DNA of 64,000 nucleotides from a virus: positions 19,478-83,477 of IMG/VR virus record IMGVR_UViG_3300027365_000011. One strand, written 5' to 3'. This document shows positions 9,412-19,626 of this stretch, piece after piece. The position numbers and the translations under genes are program-made. The notes beneath the pieces were generated by a model that was not told the origin of the DNA, did not search any database, and worked only from the letters and a program-made list of their open reading frames with translations. How positions within the stretch are numbered: the stretch's first letter is position 1; every line of letters begins with the position of its first letter.

Positions 9412-10792
9412 AATGTTCATCGATGAAGACCAGGCGCTGGCGGAGTTCAAGCGCATCCTGACCGGCCTCCCGGGGTACGCCCACCTGGAGAACAGCCAGA
9501 TCATCGAGTCGATGTCGCTGTTCCAGTCGTGGGCGCTGCGCCATGCCAACTGGCGCGCCGAGCGCGTCTATCAGGAGGCGTTCCTGAGCACCGCGCTCAA
9601 TCGCTCGAGCGTGCTCGCCCACGCCGAAGGCCGCCAGTATGTCCCGCGCAAGCCGACCCCCAGCCGCGGCACGGTGGCGCTGGCCAACAATGGCGACCAG
9701 CCGGTGGTGTTCCCGGCCGGGACGCGCTGGATCGGCGCCAACCAGCTCCCCTACCAGAACGTCGATGACGTGGTGGTCCCGGCCGGGGGCGCAACCACGG
9801 CCGAGTTCCGGCAGACGGAGCCGCAGTCGTTCCGCTTCACTGTCGAGGAACGCACCCCCTTCTACGAGGTGGCCCTGGACCGTGGCGCGTCCCGGGAGGT
9901 CGCCGAGATTGGCGTCACGATCGATGGCGAGCCCTGGGTCTATCGCTCGCGCCTGATGAACACCGGGCGCGATGACCACGCCTATGACGAGTTCTACACC
10001 ACCCTGGACGAGATCGGGATTCGCTTCGGCAACGGTATCTTCGGCGCCATGCCGCCCGGCGGGGCGAGCATCGAGGTCGAGGCCAGCATGACCCGCGGGC
10101 AGACCGAGCTGCTGCCCGGGCAGGAGATGCGTTACCTGAGCGGCAGCCCCGATCGCAACGTCGGGATGGTGGAGGCGCGCACCCGGACGGCGATCACCGG
10201 CGGCCGCCCGCGCGAGGACATCGAGGAAATCCGGCGCAATGCGCTGTACTACCCGCTGTATGACGAGCAACTGACCTGGCGCGACGACTACCGCTTCACG
10301 ATCCGCCGCCAGTGGCCCGAAGTGGTATGGGTCAGCGTGTGGGGAGAGCAGGAGCAGGAGCGCGTGCATGGCCCCAGCGTCGACCATATCGGCAAGATAT
10401 ACGTCAGCGCCTATGCCCCCGACAGGCCCGATGTCCTGGACGAGATCGTGACTCGCCTGGAGGCGCCCATCAGCCGCGGCTATGTCGCGGTTCCCCCCAA
10501 GCTCAAGCCGTTCGCCATCCGGCTGCAGGGCACGATTGCCCGCGACATCCCCATGTCCAGCGCCGTCAGCGACGTGAAGCGCGTCCTACATGACGCTTAC
10601 CACCGGGACAGCCCCAAGCGGCGCGAAACGATCAAGCTCAAGGACTTCTACCGGCTGGTCAGCAGCACCGGGCACTTCGAGATGGGCGACTTCACCGTGG
10701 AGCTGTTCGGCGACAAGGAGAGCAACGGGCTCAACGATCTGGTCTACCTGGACTTCACCCAGTCCGAGATCGATGTGGGGTATGACGGATGA
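9398..10792 (+). CDS. bplA: Baseplate wedge, J-like (P1 BplA-like)
   Basis: EAFLSTALNRSSVLAHAE, RFGNGIFG..PP, WRDDY, WGEQEQE. Confidence 0.85.
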   Translation: MALSEMFIDEDQALAEFKRILTGLPGYAHLENSQIIESMSLFQSWALRHANWRAERVYQEAFLSTALNRSSVLAHAEGRQYVPRKPTPSRGTVALANNGDQPVVFPAGTRWIGANQLPYQNVDDVVVPAGGATTAEFRQTEPQSFRFTVEERTPFYEVALDRGASREVAEIGVTIDGEPWVYRSRLMNTGRDDHAYDEFYTTLDEIGIRFGNGIFGAMPPGGASIEVEASMTRGQTELLPGQEMRYLSGSPDRNVGMVEARTRTAITGGRPREDIEEIRRNALYYPLYDEQLTWRDDYRFTIRRQWPEVVWVSVWGEQEQERVHGPSVDHIGKIYVSAYAPDRPDVLDEIVTRLEAPISRGYVAVPPKLKPFAIRLQGTIARDIPMSSAVSDVKRVLHDAYHRDSPKRRETIKLKDFYRLVSSTGHFEMGDFTVELFGDKESNGLNDLVYLDFTQSEIDVGYDG

Positions 10793-11928
10793 GCTGGCTA
10801 CTGGAGAGGCTGACCCCCTACAAGCAGTCCCAGCCCCGCTGGGCGGATCTGGCGCGCGCCCTGGAGACCTACTGGGACACCTACAACGCCCCGGCCCTGG
10901 ATCGCATCGAGGCCATGCGGTCGGTGTTTTCCGCTGACGAAGAAGACATCAGGGCGCTGCTGGACGAGGCCGGCATCAAGTTCGAGGTGGCCGTGCCGCT
11001 GGTCCGCGAGAACCGCGCGTTCGCCTATGCGTGGCGCGCCTACGAAGTGCATCGCAAGGATCGCCAGGCCACGCTCGAGCAGATACTGGCTCGCGACTAC
11101 TCGGGGACGTTCGTGCGCTGGATGCCGCTGTATGCCCCGCGCAACCTGCCCTACGGCGATATGTTCCTGGCGGAGCCAGAAGTGACCGCCATGGGGATGA
11201 CCCGCGCCGATGTTCATGACACCTACCGCGGCAAGGTGGCGGCCAACCTGACCGGGCTGACCGCCAGCGGGATTCGCAAGGAGGCCTTTCGCTCCGCGGT
11301 ACGCCGCAAGGTCGAGACCCTGCGCCCGGCGCATATCGTCTACGACGGCGAGATGTTCTTCCAGGTGTTCCGGGCAGAGATCGACCCGTTCCAGTCGGGC
11401 AGCACGACCCGCAAGAGCGCGTCGCACACTCACCTGATGCTGGCGCTGTCTCCCTACCGTTTCGATGACCTGGCCGCGGACGTGGCCATCCTGGATCACC
11501 AGCCCCTGGGCACGCTGCGCCACAAGGACGGCCGCCGTCACCATGTCGAGGCCTGGCCGGCAGGCCAGCCCTGGAGCCTGGACGCCGGCAGCACGGTCGA
11601 CGGCGATTATCTGCCACTCCCCGGTATCGAGGGGGATTCCCGGTCGCGCGTCGGCTCGCTGGGGAAAGGCGCGTCCCAGTCTTTCCTGACAGGAAAAATT
11701 ACCCTTAAAGCTACTGCCGAGACGGCTTTTTCGTTACCATTTGATACGCTGATTAACCACTCATTTACATTGGCTGCCAGTGCCAGCGCGGAAACCAATC
11801 GTGACACGGTGGCCCGGAGCGCCCCCGCCGCCACCCGGCGAGCAGCCATAAGCGGAGGCCCCCGGATGGATGACGTGCCCGCTGACTTCGCCCCACTGGA
11901 CATGATCTACGAGGCTGCCCATGGCTGA
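10789..11928 (+). CDS. Baseplate wedge protein (P1 gp16-like)
   Basis: MSWLLERLTPYKQ, WMPLYAP, RPAHIVYDG; follows bplA. Confidence 0.7.
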   Translation: MSWLLERLTPYKQSQPRWADLARALETYWDTYNAPALDRIEAMRSVFSADEEDIRALLDEAGIKFEVAVPLVRENRAFAYAWRAYEVHRKDRQATLEQILARDYSGTFVRWMPLYAPRNLPYGDMFLAEPEVTAMGMTRADVHDTYRGKVAANLTGLTASGIRKEAFRSAVRRKVETLRPAHIVYDGEMFFQVFRAEIDPFQSGSTTRKSASHTHLMLALSPYRFDDLAADVAILDHQPLGTLRHKDGRRHHVEAWPAGQPWSLDAGSTVDGDYLPLPGIEGDSRSRVGSLGKGASQSFLTGKITLKATAETAFSLPFDTLINHSFTLAASASAETNRDTVARSAPAATRRAAISGGPRMDDVPADFAPLDMIYEAAHG

Positions 11929-12370
11929 CGATTTGACCTGGAAAAGCGCCAAGCTACTGCCGCGCTTCTACGACAGCATTGCTCGCTCACTTATCGGCGC
12001 GGCGCCCTGCCGGCCCATCGTCAAGTTCAAGGCGGGGCATGGCTATGTGGACGAAAGCGTTGACCCGCCCGTGTTCCTCGAGGTGCCGGACGACCTGATC
12101 GACGTGCCCAACGTCTTCTATGAAGGCACCCCCGAGCTAGCGCACTCGGACGGTCGCATCCTGGCCCGCTGCCATATTCCCAAGGGCAGCGTGACCGACC
12201 CTCGCAAGTACAGCATGACGGGGCTGTACGACGACCAGGGCAGCCTGGTGGCTGTCTGCCTCGATCTTCCCGACTGGCTGGTGCCCAGCGACTGGCACAC
12301 CACGTTCGCCTACATCGACTTCCCCAACGTGGGGGAAAACCCGCCCCAGGTACTTGAGGATGTCGTGTAA
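11921..12370 (+). CDS. Tail fibre attachment protein (P1 gpR-like)
   Basis: KSAKLLPRFY...GLYDDQGSLVAVC; lies between gp16 and S. Confidence 0.6.
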   Translation: MADDLTWKSAKLLPRFYDSIARSLIGAAPCRPIVKFKAGHGYVDESVDPPVFLEVPDDLIDVPNVFYEGTPELAHSDGRILARCHIPKGSVTDPRKYSMTGLYDDQGSLVAVCLDLPDWLVPSDWHTTFAYIDFPNVGENPPQVLEDVV

Positions 12371-12894
12371 TGGCTATCCAGGCTGACATTTCCTGGCGAG
12401 AGCAGTATGTCTCGCACGCGCTCAACCGGAAGTTCACCGGCATCATCCCCATCGGGGTCTACCAGGGGTTCGCCTGCACGGTCGACGCTGCCGGCGCTGT
12501 CACCGTGGGCAACGACGGTGTGGCCGGCGTGGCCGTTGCCGAAGTGAACGGCTATTCGGTGACAGTCCGCATGGATGCCCCCGAAACCGTACAGACGGCC
12601 CCGGCTGCGCCCTATGTCGTGCTGGTGCCCTACTACGCCATCGGCGTTGCCACCCGCGTCGACCTGCAAGCCGTCGCCACTCCGGAAAGCCACCACCTGA
12701 TTCTCACGAAAGCGGTCCAGGGCAGCGATGGCGCGTGGCAACTGGACGACAGCGAGCGCCAGGTTGCCACCTGGCGAACCGCCGACAGCGAGACGCTGGC
12801 GCAGATGGCCTCGGCCCAGGTAGAGACGATGGAGCGCCAGCTTGCCCTCCAGGAGCGCGTCTATGCGCTCGAACAAGCCAGTACGACAGGATAG
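12370..12894 (+). CDS. Short tail-fibre anchor protein (P1 gpS N-terminal domain only)
   Basis: EQYVSHALNRKFTGIIPIGVYQGF matches the S N-terminus; ends in a short coiled coil. Confidence 0.7.
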   Translation: MAIQADISWREQYVSHALNRKFTGIIPIGVYQGFACTVDAAGAVTVGNDGVAGVAVAEVNGYSVTVRMDAPETVQTAPAAPYVVLVPYYAIGVATRVDLQAVATPESHHLILTKAVQGSDGAWQLDDSERQVATWRTADSETLAQMASAQVETMERQLALQERVYALEQASTTG

Positions 12895-12899
12895 TCACC

Positions 12900-13451
12900 A
12901 TGCGACAGAACTATGCGACATTCGACTTTGCCAACTTCGACGAGAAGGGCTTGTCGGGCGTCAAGGAGGCGTTCGAGCGCGCCGGCGTCACGGTCATCGA
13001 CCTCGAGGCCAGCAACCGCTCCCGCCGCATGTCCGGCTTCGCCACCAAGTCCGCCACGTTCTATTTCGAGGATGGCCAGACCATCACCCTGCGCATCAAG
13101 GGCGACGGCGACGTGTTCCAGGTGAAGCTCAACAGCCGCGTCGTGCCGATCCGCAACGTCCACAGCATGAAAGAGGCCGTGGGCGAGATGGCCCGCTACC
13201 TGCAGGCCAATGCGCCGGCGTGGAAGAAGGCCCAGCGGCGCAAGCAGCAGCGCGCCAAGGTTGACGAAAAGGACATGAAGGCCAAGCCGCTGCCCCGCGC
13301 CAAGAAGATCGAGGCGCTGGAAGCCGATGTGGCCGAGCTGGATTCGTCGCTGTCCGACCTCGCCAGCGAGAAGGACGACCTTACCAAGCAGCTCGATGAG
13401 CGCCAGCAGACCATCCAGACCCTGGAGCAGCAGATCCAGGACGCCGCATAA
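12900..13451 (+). CDS. hdf: Antirestriction/capsid morphogenesis protein Hdf
   Basis: NYATFDFANFDEKGL...DGQTITL...GDVFQVKLN, C-terminal coiled coil; precedes darA. Confidence 0.8.
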   Translation: MRQNYATFDFANFDEKGLSGVKEAFERAGVTVIDLEASNRSRRMSGFATKSATFYFEDGQTITLRIKGDGDVFQVKLNSRVVPIRNVHSMKEAVGEMARYLQANAPAWKKAQRRKQQRAKVDEKDMKAKPLPRAKKIEALEADVAELDSSLSDLASEKDDLTKQLDERQQTIQTLEQQIQDAA

Positions 13452-13461
13452 GGAGCCCCCA

Positions 13462-15951
13462 ATGACCCCGATCAACGATGGCATCGCCATCCGCGACGTG
13501 GTGCTGCCCGCCCAGGGCTTCACCGATGCCCAGCTACGCTCGGCCTTCTACGACCTGACCGCCAGCCCCGAGCAAGCGGACCTGCTGCTCGAGGACTGTA
13601 CCCCGGAAGATGCCGACGCCATTCTCAATCCCGGCCAGGATCTCGTCACCGAGGCCGTGTCGACGGTCAAGAACCGCATCGACCGCACCATGTCGGCCGT
13701 CGCGCGCGTGCTCAAGCGCTACGCCAGCGATGACGTGACGCCCTATGACATGCCCAGCATCGGCCCCGATCGCAAGAACAGCCTGTTCGCCTACAAGACG
13801 GTGACATTCACGTTCAGCGACGGGCAAACGGTCTCGATCCTGTTCCACTCCCCGGGCAGCGACCCGATGAAGCTGCGCGCCGACGACACCCTGATCGCCT
13901 ATCGCTGGATGCTCAACAAGCGCGACATCACCGCCACGGTTTCCCCGGAAGGCGGCCGCGACATCGACATCAACACCATGGGCAAGCGGATCATGCAGTT
14001 GGTGTCGGCGAACAGCGAGAAGTTCAAGGCCAACAACGCCAAGCGCCAGGAACAGCAGGCGAAGCTGGACGACCTGCAGAGCCAGCAGGCCGAGAAAAGC
14101 CAGCGCGTCGATGCGCTGACCCAGGAGAACGCCGACCTGACGAAGCAGGTCGAGGCGGCCGACGCTCGCATCGAGAAGCTGCGCGACAAGCTCGCCGACC
14201 TGGGCGAAGGCAGCCGCGACGGTAGCGGTGCCGGGGCGGGTAGCGGGCGGGCCACGCGCGAGGCTGAACAGTCGGCCAACAGTCCTGAGCAGGTCGACAC
14301 CGTGGACGGCTGGCAAGTCAGCACCGGGCCGTTTGTCGACTTCACACTGACCGCGCAATCCGCGCTGGGCGTCGACTCCACGCTAGTCAACGTCACGTCG
14401 ACCGACGGGACCGCCATCGGGACCATCGACCGCTCGGACCTCGACGCCTTCATCCGCGGCGATGTCGCCGTTTTCACGCCGGTCGATAACTGGGAAGCGA
14501 AGTTCTCGCAGTCGCTGAAAGAAAAGATGGGGCTGGCCGAGCCGTCAGGCGGCGAACCCACCCCGCCGTCCGATCTCGCCGCGCTTGACCAGCGGCTGGC
14601 GCGCGACATCGCCGGCAGCATTGGCATGGTCATGCGGATTGACAACGGGGAGGAGCCGGGCATGAACCGCTCCGCGTTCACGTCCAGCATCGCCGGCAAG
14701 ATCAAGACTCAGGCCCGGAACGGCAACACCGAAATCGTCGATGCCATCCTGCTGAAAGTCGCCAAGGCCTCGCTCGAGCATTCCAAGCCGGTGCTGGCCG
14801 CCCGCAACGCCGCCTGGAAGGCCAACGGCCACGACATGGATTACTACCTGGAGATGGCCAAGGGCCAGGCTGGCGGCGGCGAAGGCACCACATGGGGCGA
14901 TGAGAAAACCAGTGGTAGCGAATCCGGCGAGACAACGGACCCCAACATCGGTCGCGAATGGGGCTCTGAGTGGGGGCGTCAGCGCATTGTCGAGCGCGAA
15001 CAGCACCCGACTGGCGATATGTACCTGGTCGAGACCGTTGATGGCGAGAAGATTGGCCAGCAGCGGAAGTACCCCGTCGAAGGTATCGACGAGACGATTC
15101 GCCGCCAGGAATACAAGCTGACCGACGCCTATCAGGATGAGCAGCGCCAAGCCGAGGAAGATCGACGCCTCCGCGAAGAACGCGATCAGCGCCAGGCCGC
15201 CGAGCGTGACGCACAGAACGCGGAAATCCAGGCGTTTGCCGACTCTCGCGGCATGTCCACCCCCGGCGCAGCCAAGGCGCGCGATGCGCTCCTGGTCAAG
15301 ATGAGATTCGACGGCTCTGTCATGACTCGGAAGAAAGCCATTGAAGGCGTGGTGGCTGATGGCGGCACGATCACCGGCGAAGGCGCGGAGCGACGCCTGA
15401 TGATGGGTGATGGCTCGTTCTACGAGCAAAAGACCATCACCAAGACAGGTATGGACTATGCCGAATACCTGATTTCTCAGCGCACCACCGGCGAGGAAAC
15501 CACCGTGACCGACACCGACCGCGGCTCATCGAAGGCGCGCCGAGAGGCTGCGAAAGAAACCATTGCGCCCTGGAGAAAAGCGATTGAGTCGGGCGTCTCC
15601 CCCTCTGCTGACGAAGCGGCGGCTTGGGCCGAGTTTCAGCGGGCCTACCCTATCGAAGCCGCCGGAGTGAAAAACGAGCTTTCCGAGGCCATCGGCTGGG
15701 AGAGGTTTGTAGAGCTTGCCGAAGGTGGCAAGGAAGGCGGCGAGAGCGGCACCGAAACCGACCGCATCCGGGGAGAACTGCAGTCGTTGATCGACAGCGA
15801 GACGGATACCGGCGTGTTCGACCAGCGCCTGGATGAACTGGCCGACGAGGCGGAGAAGGCTGACGCCATGGACGAGCTGGACGACGTTCTGAACGCCGCC
15901 GCTGACCGCCTGACCGAGCTGCTGAACCAGGAGGCCGCCAATGTCGCTTGA
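13462..15951 (+). CDS. darA: Defence-against-restriction protein DarA
   Basis: AGGAG RBS; FSDGQTVSILFHSP...WMLNKRDITATVSP DarA N-domain, coiled coil, C-terminal LNAAADRLTELL. Confidence 0.85.
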   Translation: MTPINDGIAIRDVVLPAQGFTDAQLRSAFYDLTASPEQADLLLEDCTPEDADAILNPGQDLVTEAVSTVKNRIDRTMSAVARVLKRYASDDVTPYDMPSIGPDRKNSLFAYKTVTFTFSDGQTVSILFHSPGSDPMKLRADDTLIAYRWMLNKRDITATVSPEGGRDIDINTMGKRIMQLVSANSEKFKANNAKRQEQQAKLDDLQSQQAEKSQRVDALTQENADLTKQVEAADARIEKLRDKLADLGEGSRDGSGAGAGSGRATREAEQSANSPEQVDTVDGWQVSTGPFVDFTLTAQSALGVDSTLVNVTSTDGTAIGTIDRSDLDAFIRGDVAVFTPVDNWEAKFSQSLKEKMGLAEPSGGEPTPPSDLAALDQRLARDIAGSIGMVMRIDNGEEPGMNRSAFTSSIAGKIKTQARNGNTEIVDAILLKVAKASLEHSKPVLAARNAAWKANGHDMDYYLEMAKGQAGGGEGTTWGDEKTSGSESGETTDPNIGREWGSEWGRQRIVEREQHPTGDMYLVETVDGEKIGQQRKYPVEGIDETIRRQEYKLTDAYQDEQRQAEEDRRLREERDQRQAAERDAQNAEIQAFADSRGMSTPGAAKARDALLVKMRFDGSVMTRKKAIEGVVADGGTITGEGAERRLMMGDGSFYEQKTITKTGMDYAEYLISQRTTGEETTVTDTDRGSSKARREAAKETIAPWRKAIESGVSPSADEAAAWAEFQRAYPIEAAGVKNELSEAIGWERFVELAEGGKEGGESGTETDRIRGELQSLIDSETDTGVFDQRLDELADEAEKADAMDELDDVLNAAADRLTELLNQEAANVA

Positions 15952-16798
15952 TTTCCGTGAAAAACGCCGCTTGCAGAAGGTCGTTGCCGAGAAGCAGGCC
16001 GCCCTCCGGGGCGGCGACCTGGGCTTCAAGGCCAAGCGGGAAGCGCAGAAGGCCATGCGCGACGCCCTGACCAAGCTGGGGGCCGGTGGCAAGGCGCCAG
16101 CACCCGCTGGCCCCTCCCCCATCGACCCGGCCAAGCTGAGCCCCGGCGATCCCGTCGAATGGCGCAACGAGATGGGCACAATCCGCGGCAACTACCGCGG
16201 CGTGACCGACGACGGCCGCCATGCGGTGATTGTCCATGACGGCGGCAAGCAGACCTCCGCCCCGGTCGGCGAGGTGTTCCCGGTGGAGGAGCGTGCCCCG
16301 GAGATTCCGCCCCGTGCGCGCAAGGCCTTTGATCGACTCGTACTTCCCCTGACCGGCGTGGCCGAGGGGCTGGAGAGCGCCCGCGCGACCGACCGCAAGT
16401 TCAACGGCGACGGCCGCTATGCCGGCGAGTTCATGGCCAAGGAAGAAACCCGGGGGCGCCTTGCGGATGCGGAGAAGGCTATCAGCGAGCGATTGGGACG
16501 GATCGAGGATCAGTCCATGCTGGAAGCGGCGCGCGCCTATATCGACGCCCAGCGCCCGGACCTGACGCTGACCCAGGCCGAGCAAGAATGGCGCGACAGC
16601 ATCGCCAATGACGAGCCGGTGGCCGGCAATGTCACCCTCACCGCCCAGGCCGTGCGCGGTGACTTCAATGACCTGGCCCTGCCCGAGTTCATCAACAAGC
16701 TGAAAGAAGCCTACGGCGCGGATGAAGACCTCGACGGCGCGAAGAATGCGGCCGTGGGCTACCTGGAAGCCAACCGGGACGAGCTGGAGGCCGCCTGA
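15941..16798 (+). CDS. ddrA: DdrA-like protein
   Basis: Lies between darA and ddrB; C-terminus (GDFNDLALPEFINKL...YLEANRDELEAA) DdrA-like; central SH3-like insert. Confidence 0.65.
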   Translation: MSLDFREKRRLQKVVAEKQAALRGGDLGFKAKREAQKAMRDALTKLGAGGKAPAPAGPSPIDPAKLSPGDPVEWRNEMGTIRGNYRGVTDDGRHAVIVHDGGKQTSAPVGEVFPVEERAPEIPPRARKAFDRLVLPLTGVAEGLESARATDRKFNGDGRYAGEFMAKEETRGRLADAEKAISERLGRIEDQSMLEAARAYIDAQRPDLTLTQAEQEWRDSIANDEPVAGNVTLTAQAVRGDFNDLALPEFINKLKEAYGADEDLDGAKNAAVGYLEANRDELEAA

Positions 16799-19569
16799 TG
16801 AACATTGACGGCATGATGAAGGCCGTCCGTGATGCCGCCACCATGGATGCCGTGGTGGCGGCGTTGCGTGGCGGAGCAGCCGACGCCACCTTCGAGCAAC
16901 GCCTGGCAGCCGCCGGCCTGCAATCCCAGGAGCTGCCCACCGGCCTCAAGCGCGACAAGCGCTTCATGGTCAGCCGGTCCGATGGCGGCCAGGACGCCGC
17001 CGTGGTGGCGCAGTCCGGCAGCGCTTACCGCCTGCTGCAGCCGGCCAGCGATGATGGCCTGACGGCCGACGTGCGCGCGGTGGTGGACGCCATGAACGGC
17101 GCCGTGGCCGACAAGCTGGGCAAGGCCGCTGCCGAAAGCGGGAATGCCGACGACTACGCAGCCGCCCCGGCGCTGGTGCTCCCCGCCAGCGTGGCCGACC
17201 AGCCGCTGTCCGCCTTCGAGGGGCAGGATCTGGCCACGGTGCGCGGCAATGCGTCCGGTGGCGGCACCTTCACCGGCACGCTGCGCCTCAAGCGCCTGAC
17301 CGGCGAGCGCCGCGAAATGTTCGACGTGTTGGTCAAGATCCCCAAGGTGCGCCCGGAATCGCTGACCCGCGTGTCGGAAAGCATGACGGTCAAGGCGCTG
17401 GCGGACCTGCTGGCGGTCGACATGGACCACCTCAAGCTGGATTTTTCGCGGCTGGCGCCCGACGACGCCCTGCTGTCCACCTACTCGGAAGCCGAGCTGG
17501 CCGAGCGTGACAAGGCGCGCCGCGATGCCGAGGCCGCCGCCCAGGTGCAGCGCGATGCGGAGGAACGCCGCGCCCAGGCCGATCGCGAGCGCGATGACTT
17601 CCGCCTGTCCGGCAGCGACAGCGCCAGCGACGTGGCCGCCAGCTACGGCCAGGCCGACATGCTGGGCGCCAGCGCACCGCCGGATGACGCCGGCCAGCGT
17701 GAGCCCGACGACTTCCCCGGCCCCAGGGGCAAGGAAATGACCGTCAAGACCGCCAAGGGGACCAAGGTGGATACCCGGTTCACCATCCTCGAGGCCGACG
17801 ACCTGATCGCCAGCCACACCGCCGACGGCCGCGAGAATCCCGCCTTTCCCCAGGCGTTGCAGCCGCGCGACCGCTCCCGGGACGCCAGCCGGGCATGGAT
17901 TCAGAAGACCGCCAAGGATCTCGACCCGGGCCTGCTGGGCAAGACCAAGAAGGCCGACAGCGGCGCGCCGATCATCGGCAAGGATCGCGTGGTCGAGTCG
18001 GGCAACGGGCGTACCCTGGCGATCATGGAGGCCTATCGGCTGGGCACCGCGGACGAGTACAGGCAATGGCTGGTCGAGGACGCCGACAGCTACGGGCTCG
18101 ACTCGGCCAGGGTCGCCGCGATGAAGGCCCCGGTGCTGGTGCGGGTGCGGACCAGCGACATCGACCGCGAGGCCTTCGCGGTGGAGGCCAACCAGGACGA
18201 TAAGCTGTCGATGAGCGCAACGGAAAAGGCCCGCGCCGACGCCAACCGCCTGACGCCCGAGCTGATGGCCAAGTTCGACCCCGGCGCGGATGGCGACCTG
18301 CTGGTGGCCAGCAACCGCGGCTTCATTCAAGGGTTTCTGCAGTCGCTGGGCGATGCCGAGGCCGCCCAGTACCTGACCAGCACCGGCGACTTCACCGGGC
18401 CGCTGATCGCCCGCATCCAGGCCGCGGTGTTCGCCAAGGCGTACCAGGATGAGCGCCTGCTGGAGCTGATGGCGGACAGCGCCAAGCCCGAGAACCGCAA
18501 CATCATCGCCGCCCTGTCCGCCGCCGCCCCGGAGTTCATCCAGGCGCGCACCGCCAACGAAAGCGCCGCCCAGGGCACCGCCGAGCAACTGGCGTCGTCG
18601 GTCGAAATGTCGCTGGACAGCGAGGCGGTCAAGTCGCTGATCGACGCCACCAACGTTGTGCGCCAGGCCAAGCGCGATGGCATGGACGTGGCCGAATACG
18701 TGTCGCAGATGGGGCTGTTCGGCGACGTGGACCCCGGCGTGGCGGCCATGGCCGTGTTCATCGCGCAGAACAACCGCAGCGCCAAGCGCATGAGCACCGC
18801 GTTCAAGGCGATGGCGGCGTTCGTGCGCCAGGAGCTGGAGCGCGACAACGCCGCCGGGGGCGATATGTTCGGCGAGGCGCCGGTATCCATGAGCGACGTG
18901 GTGGAAGCCGCCAACCGGGTCATGGAGCGCGAGTACGGCGAAGGCCAGTACCGCATCGACGCCTCACCCCCGTCGGGCGGCCTGTTCGAGAGCGTGGCCA
19001 GCGAGAACCTGCAGCGCATCGACATCGACGCCGCCGCGGCGACCACGGACCCGTCGCCCTCCCCCGCCCAGGCGGCGGCCGGCAACTACCGCAAGGGCAA
19101 GGTCAGCATTCACGGGCTGACCATCGCCATCGAGAACCCCAAGGGGACGGTACGCCGCGGCGTCGACCCGGACGGCACCGAATGGGCGAACGAGCTGGCC
19201 TGTCACTACGGCGACATCAAGGGCGCCCGGGGCGCGGACGGCGACAACCTGGACGTGTTCCTGGGCGACAACCCGGCGTCGCGCGTCGTCTACGTGGTCG
19301 ACCAGATGACGCCTGACGGTGCCTTCGATGAGCACAAGATCATGCTCGGCTTCGACTCCCTCGAGGCCGCCAGGGCCGGCTATCTGGCCAGCTATGAGGA
19401 CGGCTGGCAGGGGCTCGGCGACATCACCCGCGCCTCGCTGCCGGGCTTCAAGGCCTGGCTGCGCCGTGGCGACCCGAGCCGGCCGTTTCATGCCCAGGGC
19501 AACGCCGGCATCTTCGAGTCCGCCGCGGCGATCCGCCGCCGGGCCTTGCAGGACTACCTGCTGGGCTGA
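16798..19569 (+). CDS. ddrB: DdrB-like protein: ParB-like domain plus C-terminal inorganic pyrophosphatase domain
   Basis: LQPRDRSR...SGAPIIG...VESGNGR (DdrB-ParB); AGNYRKG...IENPKG...HYG...GADGD.LDVF...FDEHKIMLGF (polyvalent-protein InPase). Confidence 0.85.
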   Translation: MNIDGMMKAVRDAATMDAVVAALRGGAADATFEQRLAAAGLQSQELPTGLKRDKRFMVSRSDGGQDAAVVAQSGSAYRLLQPASDDGLTADVRAVVDAMNGAVADKLGKAAAESGNADDYAAAPALVLPASVADQPLSAFEGQDLATVRGNASGGGTFTGTLRLKRLTGERREMFDVLVKIPKVRPESLTRVSESMTVKALADLLAVDMDHLKLDFSRLAPDDALLSTYSEAELAERDKARRDAEAAAQVQRDAEERRAQADRERDDFRLSGSDSASDVAASYGQADMLGASAPPDDAGQREPDDFPGPRGKEMTVKTAKGTKVDTRFTILEADDLIASHTADGRENPAFPQALQPRDRSRDASRAWIQKTAKDLDPGLLGKTKKADSGAPIIGKDRVVESGNGRTLAIMEAYRLGTADEYRQWLVEDADSYGLDSARVAAMKAPVLVRVRTSDIDREAFAVEANQDDKLSMSATEKARADANRLTPELMAKFDPGADGDLLVASNRGFIQGFLQSLGDAEAAQYLTSTGDFTGPLIARIQAAVFAKAYQDERLLELMADSAKPENRNIIAALSAAAPEFIQARTANESAAQGTAEQLASSVEMSLDSEAVKSLIDATNVVRQAKRDGMDVAEYVSQMGLFGDVDPGVAAMAVFIAQNNRSAKRMSTAFKAMAAFVRQELERDNAAGGDMFGEAPVSMSDVVEAANRVMEREYGEGQYRIDASPPSGGLFESVASENLQRIDIDAAAATTDPSPSPAQAAAGNYRKGKVSIHGLTIAIENPKGTVRRGVDPDGTEWANELACHYGDIKGARGADGDNLDVFLGDNPASRVVYVVDQMTPDGAFDEHKIMLGFDSLEAARAGYLASYEDGWQGLGDITRASLPGFKAWLRRGDPSRPFHAQGNAGIFESAAAIRRRALQDYLLG

Positions 19570-19598
19570 CACCGCCCTGTCCCCTGAGCCCGCCCCTG

Positions 19599-19626
19599 AG
19601 CCCGCCGCGACTGGCGGGCTTTTTTG
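19599..19626 (+). terminator. Rho-independent terminator
   Basis: AGCCCGCC-gcgact-GGCGGGCT followed by a T-run. Confidence 0.8.
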
